Shown piece by piece: positions 28,484-37,879 of a stretch of 64,000 nucleotides of DNA. Source of the DNA: Patescibacteria group bacterium UBA4787 (GTDB taxonomy: Bacteria > Patescibacteriota > Patescibacteriia > UBA2591 > UBA4787). The stretch lies in the NCBI GenBank assembly GCA_002402995.1, contig DHGX01000001.1, forward strand, positions 12,850 through 76,849. Direction: 5' to 3'. The first letter of the stretch is position 1. Every line of letters starts with the position of its first letter. The translations under genes were made by a program, and so were the position numbers. Below the pieces are notes generated by a model. That model ran no database searches. It saw nothing but the letters and a program-made list of their open reading frames with translations, and was not told the origin of the DNA.

Positions 28484-29770
28484 TCAAGATTCGAGTTCTT
28501 TCTCTATTTCCATCAAACGGTTATATTTGGCAACTCGCTCGCCGCGCGATGGCGCGCCAGCCTTGATAAAATCGGCATTTACGGCTACGGCCAAATCTGC
28601 GATAAAAGCGTCTGTTGTCTCTCCTGAACGATGAGAAATAATTATTTTATAATTATTGATTTTGGCTAAATTAATGCAATTAATTGTTTCTGTTAAAGTG
28701 CCAATTTGATTTAATTTGATTAGAATTGTGTTAGCAACACTTTGATCAATTCCTTTTTGTAAATAATTTACATTTGTAGTAAATAAATCATCACCCACTA
28801 AATTTATAGAAGGTGTCGTAGATTTAATAAGGTCGGTAAATTCTTGCCAAGTTTCCCAATCATCGTCGGCGAACGGATCCTCAATGGAAATAATCGGGTA
28901 TTTGGTCAACCATGAACGATAAAGATCTATCATTTCTTTGCTGGTTTTTTGTTTTTGTTCAAATCTATATTGTCCAGTTTTTTTGTCAAAAAATTCCGAG
29001 GCGGCGCAATCTATACCAAAAAATAAATCGTGACCAAGCTGGTAGTCTATCTCTTTGATGGCTTCGCTTAGAATATCCAAAGCCTCTTCGTTGTCCTTTA
29101 AGGCTGGAGCAAAACCGCCTTCGTCACCAACCATTACCGAATAATGATATTTTTTTTGCAAAATATTCTTGAGCGACCAAAAAATCTCATCAGCCATTCT
29201 AATCTTTTCGGCGATTGAAATATTTTCTCTGGACACAACCATCATATATTCTTGAATATCAAGCTTGTTGTCCGCGTGCTTTCCGCCGTTAATCACATTT
29301 AGCATCGGCGAGGGCAGGCGATAATCATTTAATTTTAATTGATAAGTTTCTCTAATATATTGATATAAAGGCTTGTTCAAAGCCGTGGCCGCGGCGCGCG
29401 GCACTGCCAGAGAAACGCTTAAAATCGCGTTCGCGCCGAGTTTACTTTTATTTGGCGTGCCATCTAAATCAATCATGCGCTGATCAATAGCTTGTTGGTC
29501 GCTCGCTTCCATACCAATAATCGCCGGCGCGATAATTTCTTCTACGTTTTGGCAAGCCTTTAAAATACCTTTGCCGTTAAATCGCCTGGAGTCATTGTCT
29601 CTTAATTCTACGGCTTCTCGTTGGCCAGTTGAAGCGCCAGAAGGCACAGAAGCCACACCAAAAACACCGTTTTCTAAAACGACTTTGGCCTCAATGGTCG
29701 GATTGCCGCGTGAATCAAGAATTTCGCGGGAAGTTATATTTTTGATTTTTGGCATATATTTAGCTGACAT
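28484..29770 (-). CDS. eno: enolase
   Basis: SREILDSRGNPTIEAKV start and full-length enolase motifs. Start trimmed to MSAKY. Confidence 0.9.
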   Translation of the reverse strand: MSAKYMPKIKNITSREILDSRGNPTIEAKVVLENGVFGVASVPSGASTGQREAVELRDNDSRRFNGKGILKACQNVEEIIAPAIIGMEASDQQAIDQRMIDLDGTPNKSKLGANAILSVSLAVPRAAATALNKPLYQYIRETYQLKLNDYRLPSPMLNVINGGKHADNKLDIQEYMMVVSRENISIAEKIRMADEIFWSLKNILQKKYHYSVMVGDEGGFAPALKDNEEALDILSEAIKEIDYQLGHDLFFGIDCAASEFFDKKTGQYRFEQKQKTSKEMIDLYRSWLTKYPIISIEDPFADDDWETWQEFTDLIKSTTPSINLVGDDLFTTNVNYLQKGIDQSVANTILIKLNQIGTLTETINCINLAKINNYKIIISHRSGETTDAFIADLAVAVNADFIKAGAPSRGERVAKYNRLMEIEKELES

Positions 29771-29974
29771 AGATAAATTTATCTTGAGCTTTATTATTTT
29801 ATCAAAATTAACAGCAAGTGGCAATATAGCCGAAACTATTGACGAATCTACGGGAAAAGTATATCATTTATCTAATATTTTTATCTTTGTAACTTGTTCT
29901 TTTAAAAAAATAAATCTGTTGACGAAAGAAATTTATAAAGTTAAAACAAAAAAACCAAAAAAGGAGAATGACCA

Positions 29975-30223
29975 ATGTGGGCCAACGAAAAAGAATTTAA
30001 AAAAATATGCGCGCGCGCCACGAAAATACTAAAAACCCAAACTGCGATAATAAACGCGATGCGAGCCCAGAGCCTGCTGTTCGTCAGGGGACTTAACCTG
30101 CGAGGAGATCTCCAGAGCCCGGATATTAATCCCGCCATTCGCTTGAAGATCAAAAAAGAGCTGAAGAAGATAAAAAAAGAGCTCGCTAGAGCAGAAAAAC
30201 GCCTAGTAAAAGCAACAAAATGA
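29975..30223 (+). CDS. small basic protein (82 aa), paralog 1 of a tandem pair
   Basis: AGGAGA RBS. Shares LR(G/K)DL...PDI(N/Y)PA(I/V)R..IKKEL with the next ORF. Followed by the terminator aaaggggttgtgaaaaaatcacaaccctttttt. Confidence 0.45.
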   Translation: MWANEKEFKKICARATKILKTQTAIINAMRAQSLLFVRGLNLRGDLQSPDINPAIRLKIKKELKKIKKELARAEKRLVKATK

Positions 30224-30233
30224 TCTAAGCTCA

Positions 30234-30267
30234 AAGGGGTTGTGAAAAAATCACAACCCTTTTTTTA
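30234..30267 (+). terminator. rho-independent terminator (copy 1 of a duplicated terminator)
   Basis: ggggttgtga-aaaaa-tcacaaccc followed by a T run. Confidence 0.65.
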
Positions 30268-30293
30268 TTTTATTCATTTATAGACATGAAAAC

Positions 30294-30322
30294 TTGACAA
30301 ATTTTCGAAAAATCTATAATAT
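30294..30322 (+). promoter_or_regulatory. consensus sigma-70-type promoter for the second small basic protein gene
   Basis: TTGACA, a 17-nt spacer, then TATAAT. About 45 nt upstream of the AGGAGA RBS. Confidence 0.5.
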
Positions 30323-30371
30323 TTTATTTACTCTTAAAAAAGCTCATTATAAAACAAAAAGGAGAATAACC

Positions 30372-30629
30372 ATGAGGTTTCCCAAACACAGAGAGCTCCG
30401 CATTCCCCGTCCGCGAAGACTAACCATGGAAGATATCAGACTAATAACTGCCGAGGAACGAAAACTCCTAAAACAAGGAGGAAAAACTAACACGATCAAA
30501 ACCTTGCGGCTCAGGATAAAACACTTGAGAAAAGATCTCAAGGACCCGGATATCTATCCGGCTGTCCGCTCGACCATCAAAAAAGAGCTGCGACAAAAAG
30601 AAATGCAGCTCCGCCAATTCGTCGAATAA
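30372..30629 (+). CDS. small basic protein (85 aa), paralog 2 of the tandem pair
   Basis: AGGAGA RBS 7 nt upstream of the ATG and a paralogous C-terminal half. Followed by the near-identical terminator aaagggttgtgaaaaatcacaacccttttt. Confidence 0.45.
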   Translation: MRFPKHRELRIPRPRRLTMEDIRLITAEERKLLKQGGKTNTIKTLRLRIKHLRKDLKDPDIYPAVRSTIKKELRQKEMQLRQFVE

Positions 30630-30650
30630 GATGAATATCGGCCGAACCCA

Positions 30651-30682
30651 AAAGGGTTGTGAAAAATCACAACCCTTTTTTA
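30651..30682 (+). terminator. rho-independent terminator (copy 2)
   Basis: Near-identical to the terminator at 30234-30267. Confidence 0.65.
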
Positions 30683-31062
30683 TTTATATATTTCTCGCAA
30701 AACTTTTTAACATTCGGCGCTAAAGGATATTTTTGAAAATCGTCTAACAACAGCCAAAACAAGTCGCCGAACGAATCAGGCTCGGTAATTTTCGGCAACC
30801 CGCCATATTTTAATCTGGCCAAATAAACATGGCCGCGGAAATCTTTTTCTTCCGCGCGAATATCATCAAAACCAAAATATTCAAGCCCCTCAACCTCGCA
30901 ACCGATTTCTTCTTTAGTCTCTCGTGTAGCCGCTTCTTCCAGGCTCTCGCCGTCTTTCACTTTGCCGCCGGGAAATTCATAATATTGATGTTTCTTTTTG
31001 AAAAGGAGCAGAAGCTTTCTGTCTTTTATAATCGCGCAACCGGATAAATTTATTCGATCCAT
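30667..31062 (-). CDS. NUDIX hydrolase
   Basis: GGKVKDGESLEEAATRETKEEIGCEV Nudix box. Confidence 0.75.
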   Translation of the reverse strand: MDRINLSGCAIIKDRKLLLLFKKKHQYYEFPGGKVKDGESLEEAATRETKEEIGCEVEGLEYFGFDDIRAEEKDFRGHVYLARLKYGGLPKITEPDSFGDLFWLLLDDFQKYPLAPNVKKFCEKYINKKGL

Positions 31063-31233
31063 AGAACTTATTTTATAATTTAACCGCACACTCTATAATA
31101 TAACAAAATAATACTGTTCCGTCTAACAAAAAATAGCCCTTCGGGGCTGTTTTTTTGTATAATTAATCTTTAAAATATCCTACCCCAAACCACGTCGGGT
31201 TCGGGGTAGCCCAGCGCCCCGCGTGGTGACGGG

Positions 31234-31689
31234 CTATTTTTTAATCACTTTCTTTTTTGTCGTCTTTTTAGTTTTAAGTTCGGATGTATTTTTTATTTTT
31301 TCTTTAACTTCGGCTAAAGCTGGCTTAGACATTACTCCAACCGCCTTGATTAGGTTGTCCAATTTTATGTTTATCGCCTCCAACTGCTTTTTAACCTCGT
31401 CATTATTTTTACCTACTCCAAAACTGGAATCCACTTGCGGTCTAGGGCCAAAATCTTTTTTAGGAGAATTATCAAAATTTGATCTTGACGAACCGCGCAT
31501 TTTAGCAAAACAATCTTTACAATAAACCGGTCGATCGCCGGTCGGCTTAAAAGGAACTTGGCAATTTTGATGACACTCAGCGCAAACCGCTTCATGCATA
31601 GAAGTCTCCCTGTTTCGACCGCCAAACCTAGAACCTCCCCCGCGATTATCGCCAAAACCTCTGCCGCCGCCTTGGTTGAATCTTCCCAT
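31234..31689 (-). CDS. RGG-box / C4 zinc-ribbon / Lys-rich protein, putative nucleic-acid binding
   Basis: N-terminal GGGRGFGDNRGGGSRFGGRNR, then CAEC-x17-CKDC, then a K/E-rich coiled-coil tail. The region just downstream (31133-31233) carries hairpins suggestive of terminators, not annotated separately. Confidence 0.45.
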   Translation of the reverse strand: MGRFNQGGGRGFGDNRGGGSRFGGRNRETSMHEAVCAECHQNCQVPFKPTGDRPVYCKDCFAKMRGSSRSNFDNSPKKDFGPRPQVDSSFGVGKNNDEVKKQLEAINIKLDNLIKAVGVMSKPALAEVKEKIKNTSELKTKKTTKKKVIKK

Positions 31690-31816
31690 ATATTTTTTAA
31701 ATGTTTATTAATGTTAATAATCAAACCTTTAATTATGTCGCCTATTGTGAGTATATACCTATGACCACACTTGTGTCAATGTTTCAAATATTTCTAACTA
31801 AAAACGCGCTCCAAGC

Positions 31817-33268
31817 TTACAACCTACCTAAATCAAGTTCTTTATTAAATTTAATCCCTTTTACAAAATCCGGCATATGACTAACAAGAATGATCGCGCC
31901 TTCGTATTTATTTATAGCTTTAGCTATGACCGGAATATGGCGAAAATTAATATGATTAGTCGGCTCATCCAAAATTAAAAGACCGGGTTTCATTAATATT
32001 AATCGCGCAAAAAACAACAAACCTTTTTGACCTTCAGACAAATGAGAAATCTTAGATCCCATCAATTCACCGGTAATTAAAAAACCCGCGGCGATAGAAC
32101 GCATCTCTTGAATATCTGCCCCTTCGTTTAACGCGCTTTTTAAAAAATCAAAAACCTTTTGTTCGTAATCCAAAGTGGCAAAATCCTGACTATAATAACC
32201 GACGCGAGTGTCTTCTAAAATAGTCGCGCCCTCGCTGGTGTTATCTACCAAAGAGCGCAATAGCAGACTCTTGCCAATACCGTTTGGTCCGGAGATTAAA
32301 AGTCTGTCTCTTTGTCTTAATAAAATATCTACTTCTTTTATTACCGGTTTGTGATTTTTAATTATTTTTACCGACTTAATGGTCACCACATTACCGACAA
32401 TTCCTTGAGATGGAATATTAAATTCTCTGATGGTTTTATCTTCACGCCGAACATCCACCTTATTTTCTTCCAATTCCTCAATTTCTTCTTTTAATTTACT
32501 CGCTAATTTGCGCATTTTACCGCCTTTGTTGGCAAAAAAATTTACCTTCTCTTTGTTGTCTATAATTTCTTTTTCCAATTGAGCGTTTTTCTTTATTTCT
32601 CTTTCAATTCTGTTATTTATTTCTTCCACAACGGAATAATAATCGCCGACATAAGTTTCTGTTTTTCTGGTAAAAACATCAAGATAAACCACCCCCTCGG
32701 TAAAACAATTTAAAAAATCAGCATCGTGGGAAATAACTATCACCGTCTTGTCGTACATAACTAAAAATTCTACCAAATGATCAATACCGGATTCATCTAA
32801 ATTATTCGTTGGTTCATCCAAAAGCAAAATATCGGGATTTTGTATAAGCGCGAAAGCCAATAAAATTCTCGCCTGTTGACCGCCTGATAAATCCGCTAAT
32901 TTTCTATCAATGGGCGCGGTTAAATCAACGGCGTTCATTACTTTGTTTATCTGACCTTTAATGTTGCCGGGAACGCTGTCAAAAGCTTTCGCAAAATACT
33001 CTTCAACAGTTAAATTTAAATCTTGCTTGTCAACCATTTGCAGCGCCGTGGCAATAGTCGCGTTATTGGTAATAAACACATCGCCTTTGGTAGGTTTTAT
33101 TTCCCCTTTTATCAATTTGAATATCGTACTTTTCCCGGCGCCATTTTGTCCCATTAAGGTTGTTTTCGCGCCTTTGCGCACGCAAAAACACGCTTCATCA
33201 AGCACTGGTTTTTTTTCTACATATTCAAATTTTACATTGTCAAACCTTAAAATTACATCTTCCGCCAT
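31817..33268 (-). CDS. ABC-F family ATPase (two ABC domains, no TMD)
   Basis: Two Walker A sites (GQNGAGKST, GPNGIGKSLL), two LSGGQ-type signatures and a charged inter-domain linker. Confidence 0.8.
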   Translation of the reverse strand: MAEDVILRFDNVKFEYVEKKPVLDEACFCVRKGAKTTLMGQNGAGKSTIFKLIKGEIKPTKGDVFITNNATIATALQMVDKQDLNLTVEEYFAKAFDSVPGNIKGQINKVMNAVDLTAPIDRKLADLSGGQQARILLAFALIQNPDILLLDEPTNNLDESGIDHLVEFLVMYDKTVIVISHDADFLNCFTEGVVYLDVFTRKTETYVGDYYSVVEEINNRIEREIKKNAQLEKEIIDNKEKVNFFANKGGKMRKLASKLKEEIEELEENKVDVRREDKTIREFNIPSQGIVGNVVTIKSVKIIKNHKPVIKEVDILLRQRDRLLISGPNGIGKSLLLRSLVDNTSEGATILEDTRVGYYSQDFATLDYEQKVFDFLKSALNEGADIQEMRSIAAGFLITGELMGSKISHLSEGQKGLLFFARLILMKPGLLILDEPTNHINFRHIPVIAKAINKYEGAIILVSHMPDFVKGIKFNKELDLGRL

Positions 33269-33453
33269 AATGTTTATTCAATTTATAATTTCAAGGGATG
33301 AGCCAAGCCAAAAATTTATTTTTGACTTGCAAAACCCGCAGAAATTTCAAGCTTTGCTTATATAAATAACGAGCCTTTGAAGGGCTCATTATCAAAAATA
33401 ATCTCATAATTTTAGCTAATTGTCAAGAAAATAAAAGATGTATAAATTTAATC

Positions 33454-33535
33454 GCTCCGAACGCTGAACGAAATCTTTACCTCGTAGTTAAACAAAGTTT
33501 ATACTACTGGGGTTCCGCCGCCGCCGAATTCTTGC
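33454..33535 (+). repeat. repeat family D copy 1 (~80 bp, near-exact direct repeat of 37751-37830)
   Basis: gctccgaacgctgaacgaaatctttacctcgtagttaaacaaagtttatactactggggttccgccgc. Contains TTTACC-17nt-TTATACT. Confidence 0.75.
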
Positions 33536-33635
33536 CTTGCCGTAGCCTTGCGTTGTCATTCCGTAGCATTTCGCGAAGGATGGGCAAAGGCAGGTCGTGC
33601 CAGCAAAGCTGGCGCGCCGCTTCTTGTAGATTTTC
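33525..33635 (+). repeat. GC-rich repeat family B copy 2
   Basis: tcgtgccagcaaagctggcgcgccgc hairpin core shared with 8308-8334. Confidence 0.6.
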
Positions 33636-33803
33636 TCTAACCTATACTTGTCGCGACGTTTTTTTAAAAAAACAGCCAATAAAATAAAACACCCGCTTAG
33701 AGCCACAATTGATTTCACGATGACGGTTTGAAAAAGCAACATTTTGGTTCCAAAATCACCCACGAAAAAATCTGGTATTGTCTTTATTTTATTGATTTGT
33801 CGA

Positions 33804-34739
33804 TTAAAGTTCTTTGTCTGGTACGCAACAAGTTCTAGGAGCCGGATCTTTGCATTCAGAAAGTCCAAGAAAACCGCAGCTATGTGTTTCCTCGTAAGAA
33901 CCACAGTCGGTCATCCCTATACTCTTAAACCCCTTGGAACAGGTAGCGCCATTTTGACAAGTTCCTGCCGTACATTTTGTATCATTTACCGCCATACAAC
34001 ACTTTGTTGGTTTTTTCTTGCAACACTTACCAAATCCCCACCAGCATGTTTCACAATCCTCTGCCTCCCCACAATTGGCAGAACCAACATTTTGTGTCCC
34101 CAGAGGACAATCATTGTAAGTGCACATCCCAGTAGCGCAATCGATCACTGGTTTTGAATATTCACAACAAGTGGCAGGCAGGTATTCACAGCATTTTCTT
34201 AAGCCCAAAAAACCACACGAACGGCATTGTTTTTGCGGTTGACAACCAGCTGAACCCTTATTTGTCGCTCCACTCGGACAAACTTTGTCTACGGAGCAAT
34301 ACCCATTACATACTTCCTGAGCAGACGACTCCTGCGGGGCTGTTGACTTGCAACCTTTGGCTTTTACGGCCGCTACTATCCCCGGCATCCTTGATGCCCA
34401 CTTTTCCAAGAACTGGCTTGTTCCCTCACCCCCTCCCAAGCGCTGTGTGTAATATGCCACAAATTCGGCACCGGTCACATTATAAGGCGCTGCCAATTCT
34501 CTAAATTTTTCTTCCGAGATGGATGTTCCTTTGAGACAGACGGAAATGCGTGCCACAATATACAAAGCAATCTCATCTGTCATCTTTCCAGTTGGAGCGG
34601 TCAACAAACTCCCCATCTCTTGTTGGCCAAATAATTGTGTTATATCAAATCCCATTTCGTCAGTGTCTAATTGGGCAAAAACCGTACCGGCAATCAAAAA
34701 TACTACTAAAATCGCAAGAACTAAAAATTTAATTTTCAT
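33804..34739 (-). CDS. secreted cysteine-rich protein (311 aa)
   Basis: Signal peptide MKIKFLVLAILVVFLIAGTVFA. The C-terminal ~180 aa carry more than 35 Cys and a twice-repeated SCGFLGL(R/S)(K/E)C motif. Confidence 0.5.
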   Translation of the reverse strand: MKIKFLVLAILVVFLIAGTVFAQLDTDEMGFDITQLFGQQEMGSLLTAPTGKMTDEIALYIVARISVCLKGTSISEEKFRELAAPYNVTGAEFVAYYTQRLGGGEGTSQFLEKWASRMPGIVAAVKAKGCKSTAPQESSAQEVCNGYCSVDKVCPSGATNKGSAGCQPQKQCRSCGFLGLRKCCEYLPATCCEYSKPVIDCATGMCTYNDCPLGTQNVGSANCGEAEDCETCWWGFGKCCKKKPTKCCMAVNDTKCTAGTCQNGATCSKGFKSIGMTDCGSYEETHSCGFLGLSECKDPAPRTCCVPDKEL

Positions 34740-34765
34740 AAAATGATATATTTACATCTATAATT

Positions 34766-35161
34766 TTAATAATTTCTAGATTCCTGTAGCACTCTTACCA
34801 TTTCCTTAGCGTCAATAAAATCATTTTGAGCGTCTTCTTCGCACCCTTTTTTTCCATAAGGATCAAACGACAAATATTCACAAACATCCGGCCTATCAAA
34901 CTTAGCGCCAAGAATAAGATAACAAAGTCCTGAAAGTCCTATATGCTCGGCCTTGCACATCGCCAGCCCCTCTTCATAAGTTTTGACATCTAACACGCTT
35001 TTCTCATTTGTTTCTCCCGCTGTTTCCCCTTCTTGAGGCGTTACGATTTCCGTATCCGACGTTGGCGTCGGAGCGAGTGTTTCTTGCTTGCCGCAACCAG
35101 CGCCCGCGAGAATCAAAACACCAACCAGAATAAAAGCGATACTAAACATTTTTTTGTTCAT
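34766..35161 (-). CDS. lipoprotein, hypothetical
   Basis: Signal peptide with lipobox LAGAGC, a Thr/Glu-rich linker and four Cys in the globular part. Confidence 0.5.
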   Translation of the reverse strand: MNKKMFSIAFILVGVLILAGAGCGKQETLAPTPTSDTEIVTPQEGETAGETNEKSVLDVKTYEEGLAMCKAEHIGLSGLCYLILGAKFDRPDVCEYLSFDPYGKKGCEEDAQNDFIDAKEMVRVLQESRNY

Positions 35162-35187
35162 ATATGTTCTGTTAATTAAAAATAAGA

Positions 35188-37557
35188 TTAATAAGTTACA
35201 TCTAAAAACGCTTTGCTTAGATTACCAACGGAAAAAGTCATGACCAAAAAATAACCCGGTTTATACATTGTCAGTTGATTACTACCTTCATCTTGCGCTT
35301 TATAATCAATCCCAATTAAATATTTTTTCACTGCTGTTAAATCATCTTTAATAATGACGCGATCAAACATATAGCGAAGCATTGCTCCACCCATATTGTC
35401 TGTCGTCTTTACTTTATTATTATACAACTGATTTAAAATTGGCAAAAGATCATTGTGGACCATTTTGCTTTTGTCATTAATCAGCTCCGCGGGAATCGCT
35501 TTTTCATAATTTATCTGTGGCCAAGTTCTGGGTGTTGCCGATGTGTCGGTGATATTTTGCAAAGGGGTATCATAAGTGGAAATAGAAGGTGCGATTGGAC
35601 ACAGGGTTTCTTTTGAATTTTTATACGAAGCAAAAACCTTTATTTTAAACTTTTTATAAAGAGCCAATTCTGGTTTTCGTTTCGTTAAATTAACTAAATA
35701 AGGCTCTACTTGCACAATCAAATTGTTGGAAATGGTGTATGGCGTCATCAACTCTGTAATGATATTGCCACTATAATTTATAATCCAATTTTTATTGTCT
35801 TTAACATTGCCACTCCCATCCAATTTCATCAAGAAGCCATCTTTATAATAAGTAATGCTGTCTAGTATAACCGATTGAATATCAGTAGAAGTATATCCAC
35901 CGGCAATAATGGCCCCACTGTCCGCAGTTGCGCGTACTGCATAATTTGTCGCCTCGCGCTGGGGATTGATTATTTTGGCCCAACTAACATTTAAATCCTG
36001 ATCAATTTTGGTCATAAAAATACCAGAACGAAATGCGTCTTGGGCTATTTTAAGAACCGCTCGAACTTTTTTATAATCCTCTCGCGATTCTTTTGTTTTG
36101 TCTTTTTCCTCTTTTGACATTTCTATTTCCCCATATTTTTCATTGTACCATTTTACCTGCTCATTGGCGGTTTTCATCTTTGCCCTATAATCATAATCAG
36201 CCCAAGTAATAGGACCCACTATTATCACCTTCTTATCAGTTGTCAAAGAAACAGAAAATTCTGTTACTGGAGCAGTAAACTCATTAAAACCTAAAGTCAT
36301 TTTTTTAACCCACTCTAAATTACCAGAAGAACTAAACTTAAACGCGATCAAATAGCCCTTCACCGGCGCTGCTAAATCTAAACTATTAGTCAATAAAGAT
36401 AACCCGCCAGACCACTGCCCCAAAACAAGATAACCTTTATCCTCTGTCCTCACTATGCCTTTAGGTACGATTGCTCCTTGACGCACTTTTTTCCAGCCCA
36501 ACTCAAATCCTCCGCCAGCTTTGGGAATAGCTGCCGCCATGTCTAGTGGTATACCTTCCATGCTTTTTGCCCATTCAAAATTAAAATCTTTATCAAACTT
36601 TACCAAGCCTGGGTAGGTATCAAAATTATATGGCAGTTCTTTTTCTGGGTTTGTTTCAGTTACGTTTCCGGTCAAGACATATCCTCCGTCAACCGTAGTG
36701 GTGAGATAGGTGACGCTCTTCCTAGAAATAAAATTTTTAATATTCTTTGACCACTGTAAATTACCAACCTGATCAAATTTTAAAACTTTAAGCGAGGCAA
36801 ATGGCATATCCTGATAAACATCAGGATCTTCTCCTCTTTTGTCGGGGTCTAGATCAAGAATATTCGCATAAAACAAAAAACCTTTGTCAGTAGTTTCCAA
36901 CAAAGAATTTCTGGCGTCCTCAACAAATCCAGTAAATGATTTGTTCCAAATCATGTTGCCATTTTTGTCTAATTTGGTGAACAAAATCTTGTTTACTTCC
37001 ACGCCTGCTTCTGATTCTGCTACGTTGATAAAACCCCAAACCTTGGAAGCCATTAAATAACCGCCGTTTTTCAATTCAATAATTGATTGTACGTCTTCCT
37101 TGCCCAATGGATTCAACATAGCCATGCCGCCAGATGCATTTTTGGTTTTCAAAAACTTCATCCACTGCACATTGCCTTGTTTATCCATTTTAGCCACAAA
37201 GCCATCTGGCGGGATAAACATAATATTGGGGTCGGTTATGCCGGAAACAATATAACCCCCATCTTTAGTTGGCCAAGCGCCATTGATTTTTGTAAACGCC
37301 AAAAGGCGGTATGATTTCAAAAAAGTTGTATTTGAAAGAGGTATTGTTTCTGCACCATTAACGCAACTTAGCCCTGCATTAACAGCCTGAATTAAATAAT
37401 CTCCGTCATTTGCTCGCGCTATATCCAATGCTGTTGCGAAATTTGGTAAAAAACATTGTTTGAAAATGGATAAATTTAGAATAACGATGACAAAAACTAC
37501 CGCCACTATGAGTAATAGGGGAAGTAAAAGATAATATTTTTTTAATGCAAATCGCAT
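35188..37557 (-). CDS. large secreted/membrane-anchored seven-bladed beta-propeller repeat protein, hypothetical
   Basis: N-terminal hydrophobic anchor from MRFALKKYYLLLPLLLIVAVVFV. Seven spaced D-x-x-G-N-x-x-W-x-K motifs (DKQGNVQWMK, DKNGNMIWNK, DQVGNLQWSK, DKDFNFEWAK, SSSGNLEWVK, DQDLNVSWAK, DGSGNVKDNKNW). Confidence 0.55.
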   Translation of the reverse strand: MRFALKKYYLLLPLLLIVAVVFVIVILNLSIFKQCFLPNFATALDIARANDGDYLIQAVNAGLSCVNGAETIPLSNTTFLKSYRLLAFTKINGAWPTKDGGYIVSGITDPNIMFIPPDGFVAKMDKQGNVQWMKFLKTKNASGGMAMLNPLGKEDVQSIIELKNGGYLMASKVWGFINVAESEAGVEVNKILFTKLDKNGNMIWNKSFTGFVEDARNSLLETTDKGFLFYANILDLDPDKRGEDPDVYQDMPFASLKVLKFDQVGNLQWSKNIKNFISRKSVTYLTTTVDGGYVLTGNVTETNPEKELPYNFDTYPGLVKFDKDFNFEWAKSMEGIPLDMAAAIPKAGGGFELGWKKVRQGAIVPKGIVRTEDKGYLVLGQWSGGLSLLTNSLDLAAPVKGYLIAFKFSSSGNLEWVKKMTLGFNEFTAPVTEFSVSLTTDKKVIIVGPITWADYDYRAKMKTANEQVKWYNEKYGEIEMSKEEKDKTKESREDYKKVRAVLKIAQDAFRSGIFMTKIDQDLNVSWAKIINPQREATNYAVRATADSGAIIAGGYTSTDIQSVILDSITYYKDGFLMKLDGSGNVKDNKNWIINYSGNIITELMTPYTISNNLIVQVEPYLVNLTKRKPELALYKKFKIKVFASYKNSKETLCPIAPSISTYDTPLQNITDTSATPRTWPQINYEKAIPAELINDKSKMVHNDLLPILNQLYNNKVKTTDNMGGAMLRYMFDRVIIKDDLTAVKKYLIGIDYKAQDEGSNQLTMYKPGYFLVMTFSVGNLSKAFLDVTY

Positions 37558-37750
37558 ACTTTTTATATTATAACACAATGCCGTAATTATACCACAATTT
37601 TGAGCTAAAAATTTTTTGGGCAAACAAAAGGGAGTTCCTTAGCGTTGCCCACGAATGGGCGGGGTACGCTTCGCTCCGGGGTATAAACTTCGAATCCTCT
37701 TCTATATATAATATAATAAAAAAGACGGGATATGCCCATCTTTTTTATTA

Positions 37751-37830
37751 TGCTCCGAACGCTGAACGAAATCTTTACCTCGTAGTTAAACAAAGTTTAT
37801 ACTACTGGGGTTCCGCCGCTGCCAAATTTT
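37751..37830 (+). repeat. repeat family D copy 2
   Basis: ~72 bp identical to 33454-33525. Lies between the beta-propeller gene start and the zinc-ribbon gene end. Confidence 0.75.
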
Positions 37831-37879
37831 GCACCGTCTTTTTTATATTTTGTTTTTCAGACAAAATATAAAAATAATT

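Noticed and set aside
33488-33904. 138-aa minus-strand ORF
   Set aside because: Its C-terminal half is the translation of the family B and D repeats, and it overlaps the 3' end of the Cys-rich protein gene. At most a short membrane peptide could be real.
33744-34157. 137-aa plus-strand ORF
   Set aside because: Antisense to the Cys-rich secreted protein gene. Its Cys/Thr-rich translation mirrors the opposite strand's codon bias.
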